From: Dehalococcoidia bacterium
GTDB taxonomy: Bacteria; Chloroflexota; Dehalococcoidia; Dehalococcoidales; RBG-16-60-22
Assembly: GCA_041300405.1 (NCBI GenBank)
Contig: JBGLNK010000001.1
Span: forward strand, 1,418,545 to 1,482,544
Length of the DNA stretch: 64,000 bases
Reading direction: 5' to 3'
In this document: piece by piece, positions 47,977 to 57,912 of the stretch
Layout of the letters: the number at the start of each line of letters is the position of its first letter
How positions within the stretch are numbered: the first letter of the stretch is position 1
Made by a program: the position numbers and the translations under genes
The notes under the pieces: generated by a model
What the model was told of the DNA's origin: nothing
The model's database searches: none
Seen by the model: only the letters and a program-made list of their open reading frames with translations

Positions 47977-48363
47977 AAGCTTATCGCACAGGCGGAGAAA
48001 GACCGCACCATCCTTAAATACAAGACGGTTATCAACTGGGAAAAAGCAGGCGACGACCAGGTATGGGCATTAATCGAAGTCAGGGTCGCACCGCAAAAAG
48101 ACGTCGGCTTCGACGCTATTGCCGAGCGTATAGGACGCTTCCCGCAGACGCGCTCGGTCTACTTAATATCCGGGACTTACGATCTGCATGCGCTGGTAGT
48201 GGGTAAAACGAACCGCGAGATAGCGGACTTCGTATCGCAGCAGCTTTCACATATCGAAGGGGTGCATGAAACAGTCACGCAGTTCGTGCTGAAACGCTAC
48301 AAGGAAGACGGGGAGGTAATGGGGGGCGGCGAGACGGCGAAACGCCAATCAGTAATCCTCTAA
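47977..48363 (+). pseudogene. Lrp/AsnC family regulator, 5'-truncated (HTH missing)
   Basis: No start codon; translates KLIAQAEKDRTILKYKTVINWEKAG...SGTYDLHALVVGKTNREIADFV...GVHETVTQFVLK (RAM/AsnC ligand domain only). Confidence 0.7.
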
Positions 48364-48390
48364 ACCGGTTTTACGGGTCAGGAGTCATAT

Positions 48391-49587
48391 ATGTCAGCAG
48401 AAAAAACTATTCAAAAAATCAAGTATAAGAAGATAATTTCGGACCGGGCCAACAAGCTGTCGCCCTCCGGAATACGCAAGTTCTTCGACCTGCTGGCGTC
48501 CATCGAAGGCGTTATCTCGCTGGGCGTCGGCGAGCCCGATTACGCTACGCCCTGGCACATCTGCGAAGCCGCGGTAAAAAGCCTGGAAAATGGTTATACG
48601 ATGTATACATCCAACTCCGGCATACCCGAACTGCGCGAGTTAACGGCTAAATACCACAAGGAAAAATACGGCCTGGATTATAATCCTTACGGCGAAATGC
48701 TGATTACTGTAGGCGTCAGCGAAGCCCTCGACCTGACCATGCGGGCTATCCTGAATCCCGGCGACGAAGTAATCATGACCGACCCGCATTACGTGGCCTA
48801 TGACTCCTGTGTTATCCTGGCTGAAGGCGTGCCGGTAATGGTGCCGACCTACGAAAAAAGCGGCTTCGAGGTGGATGCCGCCGACATCGAGTCCAGAATA
48901 ACATCGAGAACGCGCGCCATCCTCATCGGCTATCCTTCCAATCCAACGGGCGCCGTCATGCCGCGCGAGAAGCTGGAAGCCATCGCCGACCTGGCCAGGC
49001 GGCGGAACCTCATTGTTATTTCCGATGAAATATACGCCCGTCTGAATTACGGCACCGAGCATACCTGTTTTGCCAGCCTGCCCGGGATGAAAGACTACAC
49101 GATTTTACTGGGCGGCTTTTCCAAGGCTTACGCCATGACCGGCTGGCGGGTGGGATACGCCATGGCCCCGGCGGAAATCATCGCCGCCATGACCAAGATA
49201 CACCAGTACACGATAATGAGCGCCCCTACCCCGGCCCAGGTGGCCGCCATCGAGGCTTTTAAGACAGGAGAGAAGGACGTGGTGGAAATGGTGGCAGACT
49301 ACAACCAGCGGCGGAAAGTCATCGTTAAAGGATTACGCGATATCGGCATGAGCTGTTTCGAGCCGAAGGGCGCTTTTTACGCATTCCCTTCAATTACCTG
49401 CACCGGCATGACATCGGAGGAATTTTCCGAAGGTCTGCTTAAAGAGGAGAAGGTAGCCGTGGTGCCCGGTTCGGCCTTTGGCAAGTGCGGCGAGGGCTAC
49501 GTGCGCTGCTGCTACGCCACTTCCATGGCTGACATAGAGGAAGCTTTAAAGCGCATCGGGCGGTTTGTGAAAAAGTACCGGAAGTAA
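48391..49587 (+). CDS. class I/II pyridoxal-phosphate aminotransferase (aspartate aminotransferase-like)
   Basis: 398 aa; SNPTGAV, SKAYAMTGWRVGY (PLP lysine) motifs. Confidence 0.9.
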   Translation: MSAEKTIQKIKYKKIISDRANKLSPSGIRKFFDLLASIEGVISLGVGEPDYATPWHICEAAVKSLENGYTMYTSNSGIPELRELTAKYHKEKYGLDYNPYGEMLITVGVSEALDLTMRAILNPGDEVIMTDPHYVAYDSCVILAEGVPVMVPTYEKSGFEVDAADIESRITSRTRAILIGYPSNPTGAVMPREKLEAIADLARRRNLIVISDEIYARLNYGTEHTCFASLPGMKDYTILLGGFSKAYAMTGWRVGYAMAPAEIIAAMTKIHQYTIMSAPTPAQVAAIEAFKTGEKDVVEMVADYNQRRKVIVKGLRDIGMSCFEPKGAFYAFPSITCTGMTSEEFSEGLLKEEKVAVVPGSAFGKCGEGYVRCCYATSMADIEEALKRIGRFVKKYRK

Positions 49588-49690
49588 TCTCTTTATTCAT
49601 CCACTCCCATTATAGCTATCTTCTGTCAGTTAATTCTTTTGTTTTGTGACTTTAGGATTTAGTGAATTTATGAGGTCAGGGAGGATGAGC

Positions 49691-50102
49691 ATGGCTAAAA
49701 GGAAAACTTCCAAAAGCGAGTCTTTCAATTCAAAATACAAAACCAACATTCGACGAAAATAAAGATGAATGGGTCTTACAAGTACCAAGCAATGCAGTCA
49801 CACAAAAGTCAGTAAGTTATTATGAGGTCCGTTTACCTTTATATGCTAGTCGAACACTCGCAACCGGCGGTAATATCTTAAGAATTCGGCGTAAAAAATA
49901 TCGTGATTGGTTGCTAGGCCAACAAGGTGGAATATGTGCAATCTGTAGCAAAGGAAGCGAGCCAGACAACCCATGGAACCTTGACCATCAGCCTGCTCTT
50001 GCAGAACCAGGTTCCAAGTTCATCGACTATGAAAGGATAACTAAAAATCGAGTTATCCATCGCAAATGTGACCCTGCGCAAGAAGCGAAAGAGCGCAGTT
50101 AA
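49691..50102 (+). pseudogene. small HNH-type endonuclease-like gene with a frameshift
   Basis: AGGGAGGA RBS plus ATG 49691 opens a 23-codon frame ending at 49762; the C-terminal frame (..RKKYRDWLLGQQGGICAICSKG..NLDHQP..NRVIHRKCD) has been open since 49689 but has no start. Confidence 0.45.
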
Positions 50103-50126
50103 TATTTTTTAGCATAGGTGAATATT

Positions 50127-50180
50127 TTAGATAGAGATTGCCACGCCTTTCGCCGTTCTGGCTCAATGGCTCGCAATGAC
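50127..50180. repeat. GAGATTGCC / CTCGCAATGAC-family repeat
   Basis: GAGATTGCCACGCC...GGCTCGCAATGACTGACC; related copies at about 101-123, 54697-54765 and 57605-57655. Confidence 0.6.
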
Positions 50181-50188
50181 TGACCGCT

Positions 50189-50692
50189 TTACCCCGTTTC
50201 TACCACAAAATCAAAAGTAGCTTTCTGGCCTTCCGGCGTGTCTGTAACATCCATTACCGTGAGATTTTGAAACAAGGGGTCTGTTTCGTTGCGTTTTTCT
50301 CCGGGAAAATAAAGCTGGGTGGTGAGGAATGAAGAGCCGTCGCGGGTGCGGACCTTCACGTGGATATGGGGCGAGCGGAATGAATACTGGTAAGATCTGA
50401 CTGTTTCCAGCCGGTAGCGTCCATCCCGGTCCGTGAACTGGTGCCCCCGCAGGTTAAAGCCTTCATTGTCGTAACTGCCGAGGCCGTCGGCGTGCCAGAA
50501 ATCAAGCCAGGCGCGGGACAGCGGACGCCCGTTCGTGTCCAGCACCCGCCCTTCGAGAATCAATTTCGCGCCGGGAGTGCCCGGCTCCGCGATACTATTA
50601 CGCGCCGGGGAGCCGATTTTATAGTACGGGCCTTCCTCGACAGGGGGTGTTAATACCCAAAAAGCCTTTTGAGTGTTTTTTATCATAGCCAT
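50189..50692 (-). CDS. intradiol ring-cleavage dioxygenase family protein
   Basis: EGPYY..G..L.L.GRVLD..GRPL..A.LDFWHAD..G.Y and RSPHIH motifs; start at MAMIKN after GGGAGAG. Confidence 0.75.
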   Translation of the reverse strand: MAMIKNTQKAFWVLTPPVEEGPYYKIGSPARNSIAEPGTPGAKLILEGRVLDTNGRPLSRAWLDFWHADGLGSYDNEGFNLRGHQFTDRDGRYRLETVRSYQYSFRSPHIHVKVRTRDGSSFLTTQLYFPGEKRNETDPLFQNLTVMDVTDTPEGQKATFDFVVETG

Positions 50693-50809
50693 GATAGTCT
50701 CTCCCAAAAATAAAACACTTCCCAACTGTAATTTACAATAAATCCCGGGAAATTTCTGTAATTAATGTCACAGAATTGCGGTCGGCAGTAAGCGCACAGC
50801 TTTTAGCGC

Positions 50810-52069
50810 TCACACCTTAACCTGCAAGGATATTTTTTTATGTTTGTCCTGCAGTTTAAGCAGCAGCACCGCCGCGATGGATATTACAGCGCAGGCCGCC
50901 CCGGCGATGAACGCCCCGTTGTAGCTTTCCGTTTTATCGAAAATCCAGCCTGCCAGCCACGCGCCCGACGCTCCACCGATGTTGATACCGAACAAGCCGA
51001 TGCCCATCAGCGTGGTCATGTGGCGCGTGCCGAAAAAACGGCCGATGGCCAGCGGTATCAGCGTCGTTTCTCCCCCGTAGGGGATGCCGAATATCACCGC
51101 GCACACATAGAAAGCCCATACCGACCGGGTGAACATCAGCAGCACGAAGACCGCCGCCAGCGCCACGCAGGTGATGGCCAGGCTCAAGTACAGGCCGATT
51201 TTCTCCGCGATAACGCCGGTGAAAATACGGCTGAAAATGCTGACCAGCCCGATGACGCTGACGAACGTGGCCGCTACCAGCGGGTCGATGCCGACATCCG
51301 TGGCGTAATTGACGATGTGGATGATGATGATTTGCACCCCGAAGAAAAAGAACAGGAACGCGATGATGATGAGCCACATGCGTGAATCACGCAAGGCAGC
51401 GGCCACAGGGTTGCCGTCTCGGGGAACGGACGCGGGCTCCGGCGCGGCCGCGTAACGCGGCGGATTCTTTAAAAACAGCGCGGGAACGACCATTAAAACC
51501 CCGGCCGCGATGCCGCAGACTACGAAGGCCTGCGACCAGTCGAAGGCGTTGACCAACCTCTCCACCGCAGGCACAATCAGCAGCGTGCCGAACCCGGAAC
51601 CGGCGGTGACGATGCCCAGCGCCAAACCGCGGTTGCGGTCGAACCAGCGGGACGGCAGCGTCGTGCAGATGCCCCATGTCCCGCTCATCCCGATGGCCTC
51701 GATGACGGCGTAGGTGAGGAAAAACTGCCAGAGCGTCGTGATTTGGCTGGACAGCAAATAGCCCACACCCATCAACAGCCCGCAGACAATCATGATTTTG
51801 CGCGCCCCGTACTTATCGGCCAGCCAGCCGGTGCCGATGCCGGTGAACGCCCGGATGAGCACCGCCAGCGAATATATCATCGATGTCGATGACCGGTCCC
51901 ACTGGAAAGTTTCCGCCAGCGGCTTGAAGAAAACACTGTAACAATAGATGAGGCCGTAGGTGATGAAAATCATCAGGGCGCAGGCAGCCACGATTATCCA
52001 GCCGTAGGCGGGCTGGTCGGTTTCAGGTGTGGCAGTTTTACTTTGCATATAGAAGCGAGGCTCTTTCAC
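50810..52069 (-). CDS. MFS transporter (oxalate/formate antiporter-like)
   Basis: 12 hydrophobic segments, GWLADKYGARK motif; start uncertain (GTG 52069 or ATG 52048). Confidence 0.8.
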   Translation of the reverse strand: MKEPRFYMQSKTATPETDQPAYGWIIVAACALMIFITYGLIYCYSVFFKPLAETFQWDRSSTSMIYSLAVLIRAFTGIGTGWLADKYGARKIMIVCGLLMGVGYLLSSQITTLWQFFLTYAVIEAIGMSGTWGICTTLPSRWFDRNRGLALGIVTAGSGFGTLLIVPAVERLVNAFDWSQAFVVCGIAAGVLMVVPALFLKNPPRYAAAPEPASVPRDGNPVAAALRDSRMWLIIIAFLFFFFGVQIIIIHIVNYATDVGIDPLVAATFVSVIGLVSIFSRIFTGVIAEKIGLYLSLAITCVALAAVFVLLMFTRSVWAFYVCAVIFGIPYGGETTLIPLAIGRFFGTRHMTTLMGIGLFGINIGGASGAWLAGWIFDKTESYNGAFIAGAACAVISIAAVLLLKLQDKHKKISLQVKV

Positions 52070-52106
52070 TGAATATTATAGAGAAAGCGGCTGGGGAATA
52101 ACAAAC

Positions 52107-52139
52107 GGGGGTTAAGGGAGTAGGGATTAGGGTTGAGGG
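52107..52139 (+). repeat. G3N4 heptad element (G-quadruplex-type motif), copy 2
   Basis: GGGGGTTAAGGGAGTAGGGATTAGGGTTGAGGG: five G-tracts with a strict 7-nt period. Confidence 0.8.
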
Positions 52140-53056
52140 TATAGAGAATAGGAAAAATTGTATTGATTATTCTGTAATAAAAGTGCATATAATAATAGAC
52201 AGAACTCAAGGTGGAGGTGATAACATTGACTACAACCGGTACGAAATACCTTGTTGATAATAAAGGCAAGAAATTTAACCTTTAAAACCTGCGATTCGGA
52301 ATCAGTCACGCCGAACGCGTTTTCCATGACATCAACCTGATGCCCCCGGAACATGATATTCAGCTCCGCCGGGCCAAAAAAATCCACCACCGCCCGCACG
52401 CGACTGGACTGATCAAGGTAACCGCTCGAACCTTCAAAACCGGCACTCGCATCGGCAGTACCGAGCAAAGCGACCAGGTGCCCACCCGCGCTGCCGCCCC
52501 AGACCCCTATTTTATCGGGATCGAGGCCGTAGTCAGAGGCTGTAGCTCTCAGGTACCGCACCGCGCATTTGACGTCTTCAATCATGGCGGGGAATTTATA
52601 TTGCGGGGCCAGCCGGTAATTAACCGAGACAACAAGATAACCTCGTTTTATCATTTCCGGTATTTCATTGGCGCCGGCGCCGGCTGTTTTATCGCCACCC
52701 GTCCAGCCGCCGCCGTGGACATACATGACCACAGGTAAAGCTCCCGCGGCGGTTTGCGGATAATAAATATCCATTTTTAAAGATACATTATCGGCAACAC
52801 CGTAGGTCACATTTTTCTCCGTTGTGCCCAGCTTGACCGGATTCGGGCCGGGCAGTTGAGATGGAGCAGGCGCAGTGGAAGGCAATGCAGTTGGTATAAT
52901 TGAAGTTGGAGGACCTATAGTCTGAGATAATGTAGTGGCAGGTATTGTAGCGGGGATTGGTGACGGCGGGGTTCCAGTTTGGCAAGACATGAAAAACAGG
53001 AGCGCCGCCAGCAGCAAAGCCGGACAGACTATATTAAATTTAATCATCTGGAACAA
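52127..53056 (-). pseudogene. alpha/beta hydrolase (esterase/lipase type), 3'-truncated
   Basis: Signal/TM N-terminus, HGGGW oxyanion motif, GGSAGG nucleophile elbow; after ..DSESQVLK (about 52280) the ORF runs through AT-rich repeat DNA, so the Asp/His part of the triad is absent. Confidence 0.65.
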
Positions 53057-53180
53057 TTCTATGACAAGTATCGATATTATGTAAATAGTACTTTTTATAT
53101 CTGCCTAGCCAAACCGCTTAAAACCATTTATAATCATAAGCGGTTGTATCAAAGATGTCTGCTTGAAAGGAGCACAATAC

Positions 53181-54677
53181 ATGGAAATCAAGGTTACCGC
53201 CGGTGATATCAGCAAAATAGAAACCGGCGCTATCATCACGGGTTATTATGAGAACACCAAGAAGCCGGAAGGCGATACCGCAGCGGTGGATGCCGCCCTC
53301 GATGGGCTGGTTACCCGCCTGATTAAAAAGGGCGATATTAAAGGCAAACTGAATGAAATTACGCTACTGCACTGCGCGGGTAAAGCGGCTGCCACCCGTT
53401 TCGTCATCGTCGGCCTGGGTAAAAAAACCGACATTACAACAGAAAAAATACGATGCGCAGTCGGCGAGGTATGCCGCTACCTGCGTCAAAAAGGCGTCGA
53501 CCGTATTGCCAGCGGCTTACTGGGGGCGGGGGTTAACGGTATCAAGAATGATAAAGCCGTCCAGTCTATGACCGAGGGCGCGATGCTCGGCCTTTATGAT
53601 TTCCGCAAGCATAAAACCAAGAAAGACGATACATATACCGAGGTCAAGGAGTTCGCGATTATCGGAAAAGATAAAAGCGCGATAGACAAAGCCGTCAAAC
53701 AAGCGGAAATAATCGCCAATGCCGTGAACTGGACACGCAACCTCGTTAACGAGCCGTCCAACTTTTTAACTCCGGCCGACCTGGCCGAGGCCGCCCGGAA
53801 AATCGCAACAGACAACGGTCTTAAAATTGAAGTGCTGGAAAAAAAGCAGATGGCTTCATTGGGCATGGGTGGTTTGCTGGGCGTCGCCCAGGGGAGCCAG
53901 CAGCCTCCGCGGTTCATCATCATGACTTATAAAGGCAAGAATACCAAAGACGTTGATATTGCGCTGGTCGGCAAGGGCATCACGTTCGATACCGGCGGCA
54001 TAAGTATCAAACCTTCCACCGACATGCACGAAATGAAGACCGATATGGCCGGAGCGGCTTCCGTCATCGCCGCCATCGGCGCAATCGCCCAACTTAAACC
54101 GGCTATTAACGTCACCGCCATCGCACCGGCTACAGAGAATATGCCCAGCGGCACCGCCCAGAAACCCGGCGATATCATCAAGGCGATGAACGGCAAGACA
54201 ATCGAAGTGCTCAACACAGACGCCGAGGGCCGCCTGATACTGGCCGACGCTTTAAGTTACGCCCGGAAACTGGATGCCAGGGCTATCATCGATATTGCCA
54301 CGCTGACCGGTTCCTGCCGGGCAACCCTGGGCACTTTTGTCACCGGGGCTTTTTCCAACAACCAGCCGCTGGTCGATAAGCTCATTGCCGCGGGCAATGA
54401 AGCAGGCGAGCGCGCCTGGCTGTTTCCGATGTTCGAAGAATACGGAGAGATGATTAAGAGCGAGATCGCGGACATACAGAATGTGGGCGGTAAGTACGCC
54501 GGAGCCATTACCGCGGCCAAGTTCCTCGCCGAGTTCGTCGACGATACCCCCTGGGTGCATATGGACATCGCCGGCACCAGCGAGACCGATAAAGATAAAG
54601 GATACCAGGTTAAAGGCGCTACCGGCAACCCGGTGCGCACACTGGTGAACCTGGTATTGAAGATGGCGGAAGAATAA
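53181..54677 (+). CDS. pepA: leucyl aminopeptidase (M17)
   Basis: AAAGGAG RBS then MEIKV; NTDAEGRL and VGKGITFDTGG motifs. Confidence 0.9.
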   Translation: MEIKVTAGDISKIETGAIITGYYENTKKPEGDTAAVDAALDGLVTRLIKKGDIKGKLNEITLLHCAGKAAATRFVIVGLGKKTDITTEKIRCAVGEVCRYLRQKGVDRIASGLLGAGVNGIKNDKAVQSMTEGAMLGLYDFRKHKTKKDDTYTEVKEFAIIGKDKSAIDKAVKQAEIIANAVNWTRNLVNEPSNFLTPADLAEAARKIATDNGLKIEVLEKKQMASLGMGGLLGVAQGSQQPPRFIIMTYKGKNTKDVDIALVGKGITFDTGGISIKPSTDMHEMKTDMAGAASVIAAIGAIAQLKPAINVTAIAPATENMPSGTAQKPGDIIKAMNGKTIEVLNTDAEGRLILADALSYARKLDARAIIDIATLTGSCRATLGTFVTGAFSNNQPLVDKLIAAGNEAGERAWLFPMFEEYGEMIKSEIADIQNVGGKYAGAITAAKFLAEFVDDTPWVHMDIAGTSETDKDKGYQVKGATGNPVRTLVNLVLKMAEE

Positions 54678-54696
54678 CGGTCCGAACGAGATATAC

Positions 54697-54765
54697 GACG
54701 GCGAAGCAATCGAACAAGTTATAAAACGGATTGCTTCGCTACGCTCGCAATGACTTAACAAATTC
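54697..54765. repeat. hairpin repeat (GCGAAGCAATC...GATTGCTTCGC + CGCTCGCAATGAC)
   Basis: Inverted repeat plus the CTCGCAATGAC tail shared with 50163-50178 and about 101-123. Confidence 0.65.
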
Positions 54766-54784
54766 TGAGGCAAGGAGGCGTTAA

Positions 54785-55441
54785 ATGAAAATCAAATGGC
54801 TGGCCCACTCCGCATTTCTCATCACCGCCGATTCCGGTACACGGATAGTCACTGACCCGTACCAATCCGGCGAGCGGCACAGGCACACAGAGTTCTCCGA
54901 AGCCGCGGACATCGTGACCGTGAGCCACGGCCACAGCGACCATAATCATACCGACCCTATTAAGGGAAACCCGCTGGTGCTGGATAAAGCCGGAGAGGCT
55001 GAAGGCATTAAAGACAAGAACGTTAAAATCAAGGGCGTAGCCGCAGCTCACGATGAGGCCGGGGGCTCTAAACGAGGAGCGAATATTATTTTCTGCCTGG
55101 ATATTGAAGGCGTGAAAATTTGCCACTGCGGCGACCTGGGACACCTGCTCACGGACGAACAGGTAAAGGCCATCGGCCAGGTGGACGTGCTGATGATACC
55201 GGTGGGCGGTTTCTTTACCGTTGAGCCGCCGGAAGCCGATAAAGTCATCGGGCAGCTTAAACCTAAAATCATTTTACCCATGCACTACCTGACGGAAAAA
55301 ATCAGCATCCCTATTAAAAAAGAGGATGAATTTCTCAAGGGGAAGAATAATGTTAAACGCGCCGAAAGCAGTGAAATCGAGGTTAAAGCGGGCAAGCTCC
55401 CGGCCAGCGCGCAGATAATCATGTTGAAATATTCGCTTTAA
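54785..55441 (+). CDS. MBL-fold metal-dependent hydrolase (UPF0173-like)
   Basis: MKIKWLAHSAFLI.., VTVSHGHSDHNH motif. Confidence 0.75.
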   Translation: MKIKWLAHSAFLITADSGTRIVTDPYQSGERHRHTEFSEAADIVTVSHGHSDHNHTDPIKGNPLVLDKAGEAEGIKDKNVKIKGVAAAHDEAGGSKRGANIIFCLDIEGVKICHCGDLGHLLTDEQVKAIGQVDVLMIPVGGFFTVEPPEADKVIGQLKPKIILPMHYLTEKISIPIKKEDEFLKGKNNVKRAESSEIEVKAGKLPASAQIIMLKYSL

Positions 55442-55442
55442 C

Positions 55443-56069
55443 ATGAAGACGTACTGGGAGAGCCGTTATCAGACCGAAGGTAAAATTTGGGGAAATGCGC
55501 CCAGCCGGACGGCCGTACATGCACAGGAATTTTTCCGGCAGGCCGGAGTGAAAAAAATTCTCGTGCCGGGTTCGGGCTACGGGAGAAACACACGGCTATT
55601 TTCCGCCTCCGGTTTGGATATGACCGGCGTTGAAATTTCACCTTCGGCTTGTAATATGGCAAAGGTTTTCGACCCGCAATCCAGTTTCTACAATGCCTCC
55701 GTCCTGGACATGTCTTTCCTCGCTGAAAAATTCGATGCGGTCTACTGTCATAGTGTCCTGCACCTTTTCCGCGAGCAGGATAGAAAAACCCTTATCCGGC
55801 AAAGCGCCGACCGGCTCGCAGTTAACGGCCTTATGTTCTTCTCTGTTATGTCGGAAAAAGACCCCGGTTACGGCAAGGGCGCGGAAACCGAAAAAACCAC
55901 CTTTGAAAGCAAGCCGGGAAGGCCGGTGCATTATTTCACCGCCGCCGACCTGCAAGCTCACTTTAACGCGATGAAAATCCTGGAAACAGGCATCATGGAA
56001 GAACCGGAAAACCACGGCGAGGAAGGGCCGCATGTTCACCCGTGGCGTTATATCTATGTTAGAATATAA
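55443..56069 (+). CDS. class I SAM-dependent methyltransferase
   Basis: ILVPGSGYGRN motif I equivalent, FDAVYCHSVLHLF motif; starts 1 nt after the preceding stop. Confidence 0.7.
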   Translation: MKTYWESRYQTEGKIWGNAPSRTAVHAQEFFRQAGVKKILVPGSGYGRNTRLFSASGLDMTGVEISPSACNMAKVFDPQSSFYNASVLDMSFLAEKFDAVYCHSVLHLFREQDRKTLIRQSADRLAVNGLMFFSVMSEKDPGYGKGAETEKTTFESKPGRPVHYFTAADLQAHFNAMKILETGIMEEPENHGEEGPHVHPWRYIYVRI

Positions 56070-56075
56070 TTGTTC

Positions 56076-56553
56076 ATGATAAATCCTAAAGACATCGAAC
56101 TCATCATCTTCGATATGGACGGGACAATTCTCCCATCTCTTCTGCCTTTCTATGAATCGATAAAGCGGGCTTTTACCAAGCTGGGGTGGCCGGTAACTTT
56201 CAGCCCCGGAGAAATCAACCGGTTCTTCGGTGTTACCACGGCGTCAATCAAAGGCAGCGTATACGAGTTCATCACCCCGCTAAACAGCCCTATTTCCACC
56301 GAAGAAATCCGGGAAAGAGTCCGCGCGGAAAATGATGAAATATTTCATGAAATGGCGCAAACTTACCCCGGCGTGAAAAAAACCCTGAAAATACTGCGCC
56401 AAAGGGGCTACAAGCTGGCACAGTATACCAACGCTTCCATATCTTATTTGAATACTATTATGTCATCTCTGGAAATAAGAGACTACTACGATTACGTCGA
56501 ATGCGTCGAAGACAACCACCTTACAAAAACCGAACTGGCAAAGAAAATCAAAG
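56076..56553 (+). pseudogene. HAD-superfamily hydrolase, 3'-truncated
   Basis: [12 protein letters not shown] (motif I) and LAQYTNAS (motif II); the reading frame then continues as the antisense of the ClpC fragment, producing the artificial 363-aa track ORF. Confidence 0.65.
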
Positions 56554-57472
56554 CTAGGATATTGGCAGCGTCAACAGCGCCTTCAGCGGCGCCGGCGCCC
56601 ACCATGGTGTGGAATTCGTCGATGAATATTACGCAGTTGCCGGCCGTTTTTATTTCATCAACGATTTTCTTTAATCTTTCCTCGAACTCGCCGCGGTACT
56701 TGGTGCCCGCTACCAGCGAGCCCATGTCCAGGGCTATCAGCCGCTTGTCCTGCAGAGTCTCGGGAACGTCACCGGCTACGATGCGGTGGGCCAGCCCTTC
56801 GACGATGGCCGTCTTGCCCACTCCCGGTTCACCGATGAGCGCGGGATTGTTCTTGGTGCGCCGGCTTAAAATCTGGATGACGCGCTCGATTTCCTTGTGC
56901 CGCCCGATGACCGGGTCGAGTTTGCCCTTGCGGGCCTGCTCGGTAAGGTCGGTGCCGAGCTGGTCGAGCGCCGGTGTGCGGCTGGATGAGCGGGTCGCCC
57001 TGGTACGGGGCGAGGAGGATGAGGGGGTGCTTTGCGTTAAAATGTGGGATACTTCAGCCCGGGCTCTCTCCAGCGTAATGCCGAAGCTGTCCAGCACGCT
57101 GGAAGCCACGCCTTCGCCTTCACGGAGGAGGCCGAGCAGCAGGTGTTCCGTGCCGATATAATTATGTCCCATCTGGCGCGCTTCATCGATCGCCAGTTCA
57201 ATGACTTTCTTGGCTCTTGGGGTAAGGCCGGTTTCTCCGGTGCCGGGCTTATCCCCCCGGCCGATGATAAACTCCACCGCGGAACGCACTTTGCTGAGAC
57301 CGATGCCGAGGTTGGTCAGGACGCGCGCCGCTACGCCTTCTTCCTCGCGGACGAGGCCGAGCAAAATATGCTCGGTTCCGATGTAGCTATGGTTAAGGCT
57401 GCGAGCCTCTTCCTGGGCTATTGTGAGGACGCGGCGGGCTCTTTCTGAAAATTTTTCAAATCTGCTTGCCAT
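56492..57472 (-). pseudogene. clpC: ATP-dependent Clp protease ATPase ClpC/ClpB-type, only the first ~305 aa
   Basis: Two Clp_N repeats ([22 protein letters not shown]), Walker [18 protein letters not shown]; homology ends at ..GAVDAANIL (56555), then 20 unrelated codons. Confidence 0.75.
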
Positions 57473-57518
57473 ATATTCCCCCCGGAATACCTGTTTTTAA
57501 ATACACCTCTACTTTAAT

Positions 57519-57546
57519 ATTATACCACCATTGAGAGTTAAGCAAG
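57519..57546 (-). promoter_or_regulatory. extended -10 promoter upstream of the clpC fragment
   Basis: Minus strand TGGTATAAT (57519-57527) with TTGCTT-like -35 at 57540-57545. Confidence 0.45.
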
Positions 57547-57680
57547 CAGGGACTAAAGCGTAGTTGTTGAACCCGCTATTGCGGGACCCCGGTTTTCCGG
57601 GAGCGAGGCAATCTCTGACGTTGTTATTGTATCCGTTGGAGATTGCTTTGCAATAACAGGTGTATTGCTGCTTGCCAAAC
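57541..57680. repeat. nested inverted repeats between 5S rRNA and clpC
   Basis: GCAAGCAG/CTGCTTGC outer stem; TGTTATTG/CAATAACA; GCAATCTC/GAGATTGC; CCCGG-AAAA-CCGGG; CCCGC-AATA-GCGGG. Confidence 0.6.
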
Positions 57681-57733
57681 AATCTCAATAAAAGAAATGT
57701 CTATAATGTATCATCAGGCTAGAAAAAACTAAA

Positions 57734-57856
57734 CCTCCTGGCAGTGGCATATTTTCCACAAAGGGTTCCCCCCTCAGTATCGTCTGCGCTGGAGCGTTTC
57801 ACTTCCGTGTTCGGGATGGGAACGGGTGGTGCCACTCCGCTCTAACCACCAAGAGG
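57734..57856 (-). rRNA. rrf: 5S ribosomal RNA, not adjacent to a 23S gene
   Basis: Minus strand reads CCUCUUGGUGG...CCACCCGUUCCCAUCCCGAACACGGAAGUGAAACGCUCCAGCGC...CCACUGCCAGGAGG with pairing termini; ends +/- 3 nt. Confidence 0.9.
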
Positions 57857-57912
57857 CAAGTCACGATAAAAAAACTATTGATTTGTTAAAGCTCTACCCT
57901 GATACAAAAGAC

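Noticed and set aside
39239-50102. Prophage or integrative element hypothesis based on the HTH protein, the IS elements and the HNH gene
   Set aside because: No integrase, terminase, capsid, replication or att-like direct repeats were found. The pieces are separated by ordinary metabolic genes.
56070-57161. 363-aa ORF from the track
   Set aside because: Only the first ~160 aa (HAD motifs) are real. The rest is the stop-free antisense of the GC-rich ClpC fragment.
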